Shown here one piece after another: positions 27,370 through 35,985 of a DNA stretch of 64,000 bases. The notes under the pieces are model-generated. The model saw only the letters and a program-made list of their open reading frames with translations. It was not told the DNA's origin and did not search any database. A program made the position numbers and the translations under genes. The stretch is from Bacteroidales bacterium. Lineage in GTDB: Bacteria > Bacteroidota > Bacteroidia > Bacteroidales > UBA3824. Every line of letters begins with the position of its first letter. Position 1 is the stretch's first letter. The stretch is taken from positions 27,047-91,046 of the forward strand of contig JAGCYI010000176.1 in NCBI GenBank assembly GCA_017960885.1. Reading direction: 5' to 3'.

Positions 27370-28686
27370 ATGAGTCAAAAATATTATTTCGTCTGCCGTA
27401 ACTGCGGACACAAGATCGACTCTTTTGACGAGTGGTTCAAACTCGGTCAGAAGTGTCCCGAATGTGGCAAAAACTTTGTCGACACCAAATATACTACCGA
27501 CCTTGGTAAATTAAAGGAGTTGTGCTTTACCCGCGACGAGGTTAAGAGCCTCTGGCACTATTTCGACTTTTTGCCGTTAGACAAGAAGGAAAATATCGTT
27601 TCGGCTGGCGAGGGTGTTCCTCAAATCAATCGTTGGGATTTTCTCGAAGAATTTGCACGCAAGGAGTACAACACCGACTGCAAGGTTTATGTAATGCGTC
27701 ACAATACTGGCAACGCCACACGCACTTTCAAGGATATCGCTGGCACGCTCGCTGCCTCGGTTCTCAAGGAGTGTGGCATCAACGAGTACGCTGTGGCAAG
27801 CACCGGCAACACTGCCAACGCTTTTTCGCACTATCTGGCTATGGCTGGCATCTCGCTCTACGTGTTTATGCCCGAAGACGCTGTAAAAGAGAATATTGCA
27901 TCGGTTAGCAGTTACGGACAGAAGGCTGTTATCTGCAAGGGCGACTATGCTTTTGCTAAGAAGATTGCTGGCGAGTTCACCGCCAAGAACAATATCCTTA
28001 TGACCATCGGCAACACCGACCCTCTGCGTGTGGAGGCTAAGAAAACTTGGGTTTACGAATGGCTTCGTCAGGTTGGCGAAACTCCCACAGTATATTTCCA
28101 GGCACTCAGCGGCGGCACAGGTCCTATTGCTGTAGAAAAGGCTTTCGACGAGATTGAACCCTTAGGTTTGGTTTCAAAACGTCCCCGCTATATTTCGGTT
28201 CAGCCGAGCCTTTGCGATCCTATGACTCAGGCGTGGGAGAAGGCTAAGGCTAACAATTTCCCCGAAGGTTGGCAAAATGATTTCCCGAAAATTCTTAATC
28301 CCAAAACCAAGGTTCAAACACTTGCCACAGGTGTCCCCGGTACATATCCTATCATAGCCGACATCACCAAAAAGTCTGGCGGCGAGATTATCTCGTTCAA
28401 CGAAGACCGTCTTGTTGACGTTGCCCGTTTAATTACTTTCAAAACAGGTGAGAAAATCGGTCCTGCATCGGCTGTGGGAATGGGCGGATTTTTTGATGCT
28501 CTCAAAAAAGGCCTTGTTCGCAATGGCGACGTGGTGATGATAAATATGGGCGAAGGCGTTGACCGTGCGTCGTTCTTCTTGCAGGAATATGTCTACAATG
28601 AAGACCGCGTGTCGGCAGCCGACGAAATCAAACCCTTCAGCCGCAAGGAGTTAGAATTCCGTTTGTGGAGGAATATTCTTAAATAG
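27370..28686 (+). CDS. threonine-synthase-like fold-II PLP enzyme with an N-terminal zinc ribbon
   Basis: CRNCGHKIDSFDEWFKLGQKCPECGK is a 4-Cys ribbon. TFKDIAG carries the PLP Lys, STGNTANA is present, and GGTGP is the phosphate loop. ATG 27370 is preferred; it lies 10 nt after the VOC gene stop. Confidence 0.65.
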   Translation: MSQKYYFVCRNCGHKIDSFDEWFKLGQKCPECGKNFVDTKYTTDLGKLKELCFTRDEVKSLWHYFDFLPLDKKENIVSAGEGVPQINRWDFLEEFARKEYNTDCKVYVMRHNTGNATRTFKDIAGTLAASVLKECGINEYAVASTGNTANAFSHYLAMAGISLYVFMPEDAVKENIASVSSYGQKAVICKGDYAFAKKIAGEFTAKNNILMTIGNTDPLRVEAKKTWVYEWLRQVGETPTVYFQALSGGTGPIAVEKAFDEIEPLGLVSKRPRYISVQPSLCDPMTQAWEKAKANNFPEGWQNDFPKILNPKTKVQTLATGVPGTYPIIADITKKSGGEIISFNEDRLVDVARLITFKTGEKIGPASAVGMGGFFDALKKGLVRNGDVVMINMGEGVDRASFFLQEYVYNEDRVSAADEIKPFSRKELEFRLWRNILK

Positions 28687-28713
28687 TTTTTACTAAAGAT
28701 TTTTTTCATAGCA

Positions 28714-28742
28714 ACCGTCGGACAATTGTCCGGCGGTTTTTT
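28714..28742 (+). terminator. rho-independent terminator
   Basis: accgtcggaca/tgtccggcggt forms an 11-bp stem with one G-T pair, followed by TTTTTT. It overlaps the 3' end of the convergent gene. Confidence 0.65.
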
Positions 28743-29460
28743 ATTTGCCGCTGCCTATCAGTGTGATAAGTTCAAGCCAAGTTTTGTGGGTGAGAACGGC
28801 AAACACTGCGATAGCCATCCAGCATATCACGCCGGGATAGCGCTCTTTTTGATTGAAACCAAGGTCGAGGGCTGTGCCAAATGATTTTTTTAAACCTTTA
28901 TTGCTGAATATGTCTTTGAATTTCAGTTTTGTACCTTTGCCCAATCCTTCCGACACTGCTTTTATCGACCAGATTTCGTCTAACAAAAGATGGCAGAAAT
29001 AACCGCAACTAACTGCGAACGAGATTACAAACTGCTCTCTGATGTTCAGTTTTGTGGTAGAGGCTATGAACAAGGCTATTAGGAAACTGAGGATATACGC
29101 CGGTAAAGAATGGAATATCCCTCGGTGGTTAGTGTGCTTTTTGAAAAATTCCTGTAATATTATCTTTACAAAGAAGAAGCAAGCCACTGGTACAAAAATC
29201 TTTAACGCCAAAGTTGCGCCTGCCATATGCATCCAGTAGAGGCTCATCGCCGCCATAAAGTATGCATAAAACGAGAAGATTATCTTTATGGGGACCCCCG
29301 GCCCCGAGTCCATATCGGGCAGAAACGACCCGATTACAGTTGCAAAAAACACTATTACAGCCATATACGCATTTGGTATAAGGTTCCAGTTGTAAGAAAT
29401 CACCGCCACGGCAAATCCTGTTACCGCACCGGCTTCCACGTGTGTTTTAAAATCAGCCAT
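28741..29460 (-). CDS. membrane-bound metal-dependent hydrolase (YdjM/DUF457-like)
   Basis: FKTHVEAGAVTG, FLPDMDS and HRGIFHS motifs with several TM helices. Confidence 0.6.
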   Translation of the reverse strand: MADFKTHVEAGAVTGFAVAVISYNWNLIPNAYMAVIVFFATVIGSFLPDMDSGPGVPIKIIFSFYAYFMAAMSLYWMHMAGATLALKIFVPVACFFFVKIILQEFFKKHTNHRGIFHSLPAYILSFLIALFIASTTKLNIREQFVISFAVSCGYFCHLLLDEIWSIKAVSEGLGKGTKLKFKDIFSNKGLKKSFGTALDLGFNQKERYPGVICWMAIAVFAVLTHKTWLELITLIGSGK

Positions 29461-30043
29461 TGTTTTCCAGAGGGTGTTTGCGTGAGTATTTTTGTAAAAA
29501 TTTCAGGTAAAAATGGTAGACTGCGAAGGCTATCAGAGTGCCTTCGATTGCGCCTACGATTATGTCGCCCATATAATGTCGTCCCAAATATATGCGAGAG
29601 TACGACACAAGCACGGCTACGAAAAATACGCCGATGGTGTAGTACTTGTTTTTAAAGTATTTGGCGGTCATCACGGCTATGCAGAAAAATGTGGCTGCGT
29701 GTGCCGAGAAAAATCCGAATCTGCCACCTCGGTCGCCGTAAACTATGTGCACCATATCTTTGATGCTTTCGTCGTGACAGGGGCGGTAGCGTTGAACGGT
29801 GTGTTTTACAAGGTTGCAAATCTGGTCGGCAAGCAATATCGCCAATGCCAGGAAAAGCAAGAAAATCACTGCCTTGCGGTAGTCGGGCTTCGCTTTTCTG
29901 AAAAGGAAGAACAACAACAGCGCACCAATTCCAAACCACACATATTTCGACGACACGTAATAGAAAAACGGGTCGAAGCCTTCGGAGTTTAGTCCGTTGA
30001 TGGCAAGTGTGATGTCTTGGTCAAGTTGCAGTATTGGGTTCAT
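29453..30043 (-). CDS. PAP2-family phosphatase
   Basis: All three PAP2 motifs are present: KHTVQRYRP, FFSAHAA and SRIYLGRHYMGD. Confidence 0.85.
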   Translation of the reverse strand: MNPILQLDQDITLAINGLNSEGFDPFFYYVSSKYVWFGIGALLLFFLFRKAKPDYRKAVIFLLFLALAILLADQICNLVKHTVQRYRPCHDESIKDMVHIVYGDRGGRFGFFSAHAATFFCIAVMTAKYFKNKYYTIGVFFVAVLVSYSRIYLGRHYMGDIIVGAIEGTLIAFAVYHFYLKFLQKYSRKHPLENNG

Positions 30044-30050
30044 TGTCAGA

Positions 30051-30725
30051 CTATTGCTGTTTTTCTTTCTCGGGCATATCTGCTATGATGTCTAATCCGC
30101 CTTTCACTTTGTCGCCGATTTTTACGCGTATTTTGGTTCCAAGGGGCAGGAAGATGTCGGCACGTGAGCCGAACTTTATGAATCCGAACTGCTGACCTTG
30201 TTTGGCAGTGTCGCCTTCGTGAAGCGGAGCTACAATGCGGCGTGCCATAAATCCTGCTATCTGACGGAACATTATGTCGATGCTGTCTTTGGTGCGGACT
30301 GCTATGGTTGTGCGCTCGTTGTCGGTAGATGATTTGGGATGCGCAGCCAAAAGGTACTTGCCTTCGTGATGGCGGAAATATACCACCTTGCCCGATACTG
30401 GCCAGCGGTTAGAGTGAACGTTCCAAACCGACATAAACACCGAAACCTGGATGCGTTTGTCTTTGAAATACTCTGGTTCTTCCACCTCTTCTATGGCCAC
30501 CACTTCACCGTCGGCAGGAGAGAGCACCACGTAAGGATTCTCTACCACGTGACGTTTTGGGTCGCGGAAAAACTGCAACACCAGTATCAGCAAGAACAAT
30601 GATCCGAGCTGCAAGATGTATCCAGGTATCTTGTATTCTCCCAAAAAGTGGAAGTATAGCCAGTTGACTAAGATTATAAATAATACTACGATTATAATAG
30701 TTATGTATCCTTCTTTGTGTATCAT
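30051..30725 (-). CDS. psd: phosphatidylserine decarboxylase proenzyme
   Basis: An N-terminal TM segment and FIKFGSRADIFLP containing the G-S self-cleavage site, at 224 aa. It lies next to cdsA. Confidence 0.85.
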   Translation of the reverse strand: MIHKEGYITIIIVVLFIILVNWLYFHFLGEYKIPGYILQLGSLFLLILVLQFFRDPKRHVVENPYVVLSPADGEVVAIEEVEEPEYFKDKRIQVSVFMSVWNVHSNRWPVSGKVVYFRHHEGKYLLAAHPKSSTDNERTTIAVRTKDSIDIMFRQIAGFMARRIVAPLHEGDTAKQGQQFGFIKFGSRADIFLPLGTKIRVKIGDKVKGGLDIIADMPEKEKQQ

Positions 30726-30738
30726 AATGTGTTTTAGT

Positions 30739-31560
30739 TTATTCCATTAATATTGTGCAGGCGTAGACAGGAATGGCAGCCAGAAGTGCGCTGTCGAAAC
30801 GGTCTAACACTCCGCCGTGTCCGGGTAGGAGAGTGCCTGAGTCTTTGATGCCTGCGTTGCGTTTAATCATAGATTCAGCCAAGTCGCCAAGTACTGCGAA
30901 TGTTACGCAAACGGCAGCAATGAGCAACCATTGAGGCAGAGAGTATATTCCAGCAAGATAGTATACGGGAACGGCTGCTGCAAGAGTGAGTATAATGCCG
31001 CCCACAAGACCTTCTACAGATTTCTTGGGCGAGATTCGCGGTATAAGCTTGTGCTTGCCAAAGAGCGTGCCCGCACAGTATGCACCGGTATCTGCCACCC
31101 AGATGAATATGAAGAAACATAGCAGTACCTTGCCGTCGGGTTCGTGTGTGCCGGGAAGGTAGAGCATATTGCTTAGCAGTCCCAAGGGTAGTGCAGTGTA
31201 AAGAACACCGAGTATCGTGTTTGACCAGTTGTCGATAGGGGTGTCTTTTTTCCTATAGATTTCGATAACTGGCACAAGACAAAACGCAGTGGCTACAAGC
31301 ACAATGAATTTTGCCGGAATGGTTCCGTCTGCTATAAAAAATAATGCGGCAAAGAGCAACACGGCAAGAGCCACACCTGTAACTGTTTGCGGAGTGTATC
31401 CTTTTGCTTTGCATATACGGTAGTATTCTAATACTCCTGTTACGGTAAAAAATCCAAACACTACCAAAAACAACCATTTGCTGATTGTTGCCGACGCTAT
31501 TACCAACGCTAAAAACAGCGCACCTGTTATTATTCTCGAAAGAAGGTTACTCTTTTTCAC
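30739..31560 (-). CDS. cdsA: phosphatidate cytidylyltransferase
   Basis: SMIKRNAGIKDSGTLLPGHGGVLDRFDS is the CdsA signature. Confidence 0.9.
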   Translation of the reverse strand: MKKSNLLSRIITGALFLALVIASATISKWLFLVVFGFFTVTGVLEYYRICKAKGYTPQTVTGVALAVLLFAALFFIADGTIPAKFIVLVATAFCLVPVIEIYRKKDTPIDNWSNTILGVLYTALPLGLLSNMLYLPGTHEPDGKVLLCFFIFIWVADTGAYCAGTLFGKHKLIPRISPKKSVEGLVGGIILTLAAAVPVYYLAGIYSLPQWLLIAAVCVTFAVLGDLAESMIKRNAGIKDSGTLLPGHGGVLDRFDSALLAAIPVYACTILME

Positions 31561-32500
31561 TTTCGTTAATGTTGGTTAGTATTTCTACGGCAGAATCGAA
31601 GTTGATTTCGTCTACATAGAGGTCAACGTCGAACATAAAGTCGCGGTCTAATCTTGTGATTGTAACAGCTTCTATTCCAGCTTTTTCGAGTATAGCAACG
31701 GCGTAATCGGCTTTGATTTGCGAATTGTATGTAGCAGCATTTTTCCACTCTTTTCTTTCGTTGATGATGGTGATGGCTTTTTCTTCGTTGCTACATTCTA
31801 CATAAAGCTCGTATTTGCCATTGTTGTTGACTATTATAGAACGGATGTTGTATTTTCCTAATAAGTTTTCGCGAATTTCGGCGCGGTGGAGCATCGTATA
31901 GTCGTCGATTTTGATCCATCCAATAAGGTCGGAGAGTGTCTGACGTGCGTTTTCCATGTCGGCAGATTTTACATAGATGTCTATCTCTGCCTTCATATAC
32001 TGCTCGTCGCGTTTTTTGATAACTATGGAAGGAATGTGTTTTTCATCGAGCAATTCTACTCTGAATCTTGTTTGACGAGTGCGCAGACATGTTTCCAAGA
32101 GGCTCCAGCCTTCGAGTTTCTCGCCGTTGATGTATGGCATTGTTTGGTCGATTTGTTCAGTAGGCACAAACAGCTCGTAGTTGTTGAGCACATAGCGGGG
32201 GTTGCTGCATTTTTTGATTTCAGCCTGAATGCCGTTTTGAACAAGTATGTCGCGCAGGTTTTCAAGCGGTTTTGACAATATGAACGAATCCACTTTGGTG
32301 AGTCCGTGAAATTCCTCTATGATGGCGTGCGCCATTTTCTCGTCTTCTTTCCTTACATAGAGTTCGTATTCGCCAATAAGGAAAAGGCTGTCTTTGGCGT
32401 TGATAACCACTGCGTTGATATTGTTCTGCTCTAATATAGTTTTGCGAATCTCCGCCTGATGGGGACGGTCGAATGATTCAAGTTTTACCCAATCTTCCAT
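31547..32500 (-). CDS. protein built of 4-5 reiterated DUF2007-like (putative signal-transducing) modules
   Basis: The modules repeat internally: WVKLESFDRPHQAEIRKTILEQNNINAVVINAKDS...YELYV; WIKIDDYTMLHRAEIRENLLGKYNIRSIIVNNNGKYELYV; IKADYAVAILEKAGIEAVTI...DLYV. Confidence 0.5.
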   Translation of the reverse strand: MEDWVKLESFDRPHQAEIRKTILEQNNINAVVINAKDSLFLIGEYELYVRKEDEKMAHAIIEEFHGLTKVDSFILSKPLENLRDILVQNGIQAEIKKCSNPRYVLNNYELFVPTEQIDQTMPYINGEKLEGWSLLETCLRTRQTRFRVELLDEKHIPSIVIKKRDEQYMKAEIDIYVKSADMENARQTLSDLIGWIKIDDYTMLHRAEIRENLLGKYNIRSIIVNNNGKYELYVECSNEEKAITIINERKEWKNAATYNSQIKADYAVAILEKAGIEAVTITRLDRDFMFDVDLYVDEINFDSAVEILTNINESEKE

Positions 32501-32552
32501 AATATTACAATTTTTGGTTACACATTTTATACATCGTTTTACGTATAATTGT

Positions 32553-34592
32553 CTATAAGGTTTGAGCAGATGGGGGAGGAGTGTCGTCTTCGTCGGGATC
32601 TTGTTTCGACGATGTTTCTTCCTCTATTTCTTGACGCTCTTTCTGTATGCCGTAGAGAGCCTCTTCCTGACGTTTGTTGGCAAATTTGCGTTTGCCGAAT
32701 ATGCGTTCAACGTCTTCGGTGAAGATTACCTCGCGTTCAAGCAGCTGCTGTGCAAGTTGTGCGAGCTGGTCTTTGTGCTCGGCTATAATCTCTTTGGCTC
32801 GGGTGTAAACCTTGTCTACCAGTTCTTTAGCCTCTTCGTCGATAACTTCGGCGGTTTTTTCGCTGTAAGGTTTCTGGAACGAGTAGTCGCCGTTGTTGGC
32901 ATTGTAGAAACTTATGTTGCCCACCTTGTTGCTCATGCCGTAAACCGAAACCATTGCGTAGGCGTATTTGGTAACGCGTTCAAGGTCGTTGAGAGCGCCG
33001 GTAGAAATTTTTCCAAAGTTGATTTCTTCAGATGCGCGGCCAGCCACAAGTGCGCACATTTCGTCGAGCATCTGCTCTTTGGTGGTGATTTGTCGCTCTT
33101 CGGGCAGATACCATGCTGCACCGAGCGCCTTGCCACGGGGAACGATTGTAACCTTGATGAGCGGCTGTGCGTTTTCGAGCAGCCACGATACTGTGGCGTG
33201 TCCTGCCTCGTGGAATGCTATGGTACGTTTTTCCTGCTCGGTGATTATCTTGTTTTTCTTTTCGAGACCGCCGATGATACGGTCAACAGCGTCTAAAAAG
33301 TCCTGACGGCCAACAGTTTCGCGGTTGTTGCGTGCTGCTATGAGCGCTGCCTCGTTGCATACGTTGGCTATGTCGGCTCCTGAGAATCCAGGTGTCTGTT
33401 TTGCCAAAAGGTTTACATCGAGTTCGGGGTCGGTTTTCAGGGGTTTGAGGTGAACGCCGAATATTTCGCCACGCTCGTTGAGGTCGGGCAGGTCGATGAT
33501 TATCTGGCGGTCGAATCGTCCAGCACGCATCAATGCGGGGTCTAACACGTCGGCACGGTTGGTGGCGGCTATCATAATGATTCCGTTGTTGGTTTCAAAA
33601 CCGTCCATCTCTGTAAGCAACTGGTTGAGTGTGCTTTCGCGTTCGTCGTTGCTGTGGAAGCTCAGACTGTTGCCACGTGCACGGCCTATGGCGTCGATCT
33701 CGTCGATAAAGATGATGCAGGGTGCTTTCTGTTTGGCTTGAGCGAAAAGGTCTCTTACACGTGACGCACCTACGCCCACAAACATCTCCACAAAGTCGCT
33801 ACCCGACATTGAGAAGAACGGAACGTCGGCTTCGCCTGCTACTGCTTTGGCCAATAAGGTCTTACCAGTGCCGGGAGGACCTACGAGTAATGCGCCCTTG
33901 GGTATCTTGCCGCCTAAGCGTGTGTATTTCTGCGGATTCTTGAGGAAGTCAACTATTTCGGTAACTTCGGTTTTGGCTTCTTTCAAACCAGCCACGTCGG
34001 CAAATGTTATCTTCGACATGGTTTCGCCTTTGTCGAACATCTTGGCTCGTGACTTGCCCATGCTGAATATGCCACCTCCAGCGCCTCCACCAATTCTGCG
34101 GAACATGAAAATCCATATTCCCACAATAATCAAAAGTGGTAATACCCAGCCAATTATGTCGCTAACATAGTCGGGACGGCTGTCGCTGTCGAACAAAATG
34201 CGCTCCTCTTCGGGAAGGTCTTTCTGGGCTTTCTCTAAGCGGCTCATAAATTCTTCGGGCGACGAAATCTGATAGAAGAAGTGCGGACCTTGGATCGGAA
34301 TCTGTTTTTCGCGCAAGAATTTGTATTTGTCGGTGTTGTAACGGTCTTCTTTTAATATAAGGTGTGCCTTTTCTTTGTTTACCACCACAATTCGTTTGAG
34401 GTCTTGGTTTTTAAGCATTGTTTCCACCTCGTTCCAATTGATATTCTGCGGCGAGCCAGCAGGATTGTAGAACTGGAACATAATGATGCATAGGGTTGCT
34501 ATGGCAAATATCCAAAAAATTGCGTTGCTTTTGCCGTTGTTAGGTCTGTTTTGACGGAACGGCGGGGGAGTGGGTGATTGATTTTCCTCCAT
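32553..34592 (-). CDS. ftsH: ATP-dependent zinc metalloprotease FtsH
   Basis: Walker A GPPGTGKT, the AAA SRH region and the HEAGHA zinc site, with two N-terminal TM helices. Confidence 0.97.
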   Translation of the reverse strand: MEENQSPTPPPFRQNRPNNGKSNAIFWIFAIATLCIIMFQFYNPAGSPQNINWNEVETMLKNQDLKRIVVVNKEKAHLILKEDRYNTDKYKFLREKQIPIQGPHFFYQISSPEEFMSRLEKAQKDLPEEERILFDSDSRPDYVSDIIGWVLPLLIIVGIWIFMFRRIGGGAGGGIFSMGKSRAKMFDKGETMSKITFADVAGLKEAKTEVTEIVDFLKNPQKYTRLGGKIPKGALLVGPPGTGKTLLAKAVAGEADVPFFSMSGSDFVEMFVGVGASRVRDLFAQAKQKAPCIIFIDEIDAIGRARGNSLSFHSNDERESTLNQLLTEMDGFETNNGIIMIAATNRADVLDPALMRAGRFDRQIIIDLPDLNERGEIFGVHLKPLKTDPELDVNLLAKQTPGFSGADIANVCNEAALIAARNNRETVGRQDFLDAVDRIIGGLEKKNKIITEQEKRTIAFHEAGHATVSWLLENAQPLIKVTIVPRGKALGAAWYLPEERQITTKEQMLDEMCALVAGRASEEINFGKISTGALNDLERVTKYAYAMVSVYGMSNKVGNISFYNANNGDYSFQKPYSEKTAEVIDEEAKELVDKVYTRAKEIIAEHKDQLAQLAQQLLEREVIFTEDVERIFGKRKFANKRQEEALYGIQKERQEIEEETSSKQDPDEDDTPPPSAQTL

Positions 34593-34626
34593 TTTATATA
34601 TAATATAATAGTGTGCTAATTATTAT

Positions 34627-35016
34627 TTATTTAGAAATTATCTGTTCGTCGGGATAGTCGGTGCGAGGCGCATCAGCCCAAAGGCTTTCGAGACGGTAGA
34701 ACTCTCTTGCCTCCGAAAGGAAAATGTGCACTACAACGTTGATGTAGTCTAACAGAATCCATTGTGCGTTTTCGCGGCCGTGTATATGAACTGGTTTTTC
34801 TCCAGCGTTTTCGCGGAGGTAGTCGTCTACCTCGTCGGCAATGGCTAGCACTTGACGTGGGTTGTCGGCTTCACCTATCACAAAAAAGTCGCAGATGCTG
34901 CCAGCAGTCTGCCTCATATCTAATTTAACAATCTTTTGTCCTTTTTTCTCTTTTATCGCCGCCACTGCTATCTCTGCAAGTACGTCGCTTGTTATCTCTG
35001 TATTTTTTTTCGCCAT
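34627..35016 (-). CDS. rsfS: ribosome silencing factor RsfS (iojap-like)
   Basis: A 129-aa protein with DYINVVVHIF and the W..LE.LW pattern, in the conserved position beside ftsH. Confidence 0.85.
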   Translation of the reverse strand: MAKKNTEITSDVLAEIAVAAIKEKKGQKIVKLDMRQTAGSICDFFVIGEADNPRQVLAIADEVDDYLRENAGEKPVHIHGRENAQWILLDYINVVVHIFLSEAREFYRLESLWADAPRTDYPDEQIISK

Positions 35017-35115
35017 TTTGTAATTTTAAATATGTGGGCTCAAAATTGAGCCTTTGTTTTCAATCTGCAAATATACGTTTATTAATTAAATTATAAAAGC
35101 AAAGGTTGAAAATAT

Positions 35116-35898
35116 TTACGATATTGAGTTTGTGAGTTCAATAAAGTCGTCAACCGACAATTGTTCGGGACGCAATGTGAGGAAACGCTCCTGTGCCGCA
35201 CTGCCGTTGAGATATTTGCTGAGTGAGTTGCGCAACATCTTGCGGCGCATGCCGAACGATTCTTTTACAATGCGGCGGAATAGTGCCTCGTCGCAGGGAA
35301 GGGCTTTCATGCCGTTGCGTTTTAGGCGGATTACAGCGCTTTGCACCTTGGGAGGAGGGTTAAATTTGCTGCTGTCGACTCCGAAGAGGTATTCAATGTC
35401 GTAGTAGGCTTGCAAAAATACGCTGAGTATGCCGTATTCCTTGGTGCCGGGCTTGTTGGCTATGCGCACTGCCACTTCGCGCTGTAGCATGCACACTACC
35501 TGACGCACTTCGTCTTTGTGGTCGAGTATCTTGAAAAATATCTGGCTCGATATGTTGTAGGGGAAGTTGCCGCAGATGATGGGGAATCCTTTGGGCAGTA
35601 GCTCGTTGAGGTTAACTTGCAAAAAGTCGCCGCCGATAATCCTGTTCTCGTTGTAGAGCGTGGGGAAATTGGCGCAGAGGTATTCTACCGACTCGCGGTC
35701 TATCTCTATCACATTGAGGTCGAGCTCTTTGCGTTGCAACAGAAACTGCGTGAGCACGCCTGTGCCGGGACCAATTTCCAGACAGACGGGTTTTTCGCCT
35801 TCGCTGGCTTTATAGTCGATGCTGTCGGCAATGCGTTTGGCTATATTCAAATCGGTGAGAAAATGCTGTCCGAGGTTTTTCTTGGGTTTTACGTCCAT
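35116..35898 (-). CDS. rsmA: 16S rRNA (adenine1518/1519-N6)-dimethyltransferase
   Basis: The opening KKNLGQHFL, EIGPGTGVLT and GNFPYNISS. Confidence 0.92.
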   Translation of the reverse strand: MDVKPKKNLGQHFLTDLNIAKRIADSIDYKASEGEKPVCLEIGPGTGVLTQFLLQRKELDLNVIEIDRESVEYLCANFPTLYNENRIIGGDFLQVNLNELLPKGFPIICGNFPYNISSQIFFKILDHKDEVRQVVCMLQREVAVRIANKPGTKEYGILSVFLQAYYDIEYLFGVDSSKFNPPPKVQSAVIRLKRNGMKALPCDEALFRRIVKESFGMRRKMLRNSLSKYLNGSAAQERFLTLRPEQLSVDDFIELTNSIS

Positions 35899-35934
35899 AT
35901 TATTATGAGTTTTTTATTCGTTACAAATTTAAAA

Positions 35935-35985
35935 AATAATTATGCATTAAGCATTATGAATTATGCATTGAGATAATGCATTGTT
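35935..35985. repeat. ATGCAT-core A/T-rich repeat patch (GCATTAT family)
   Basis: aattatgcattaagcattatgaattatgcattgagataatgcattg lies immediately 3' of the TamA-like stop codon and upstream of rsmA. Confidence 0.8.

Noticed and set aside
32562-33296. 244-aa plus-strand ORF antisense to ftsH, plus other plus-strand ORFs at 32968-34170
   Set aside because: ftsH on the minus strand is unambiguous (Walker A, HEAGH). These are mirror-frame artefacts.
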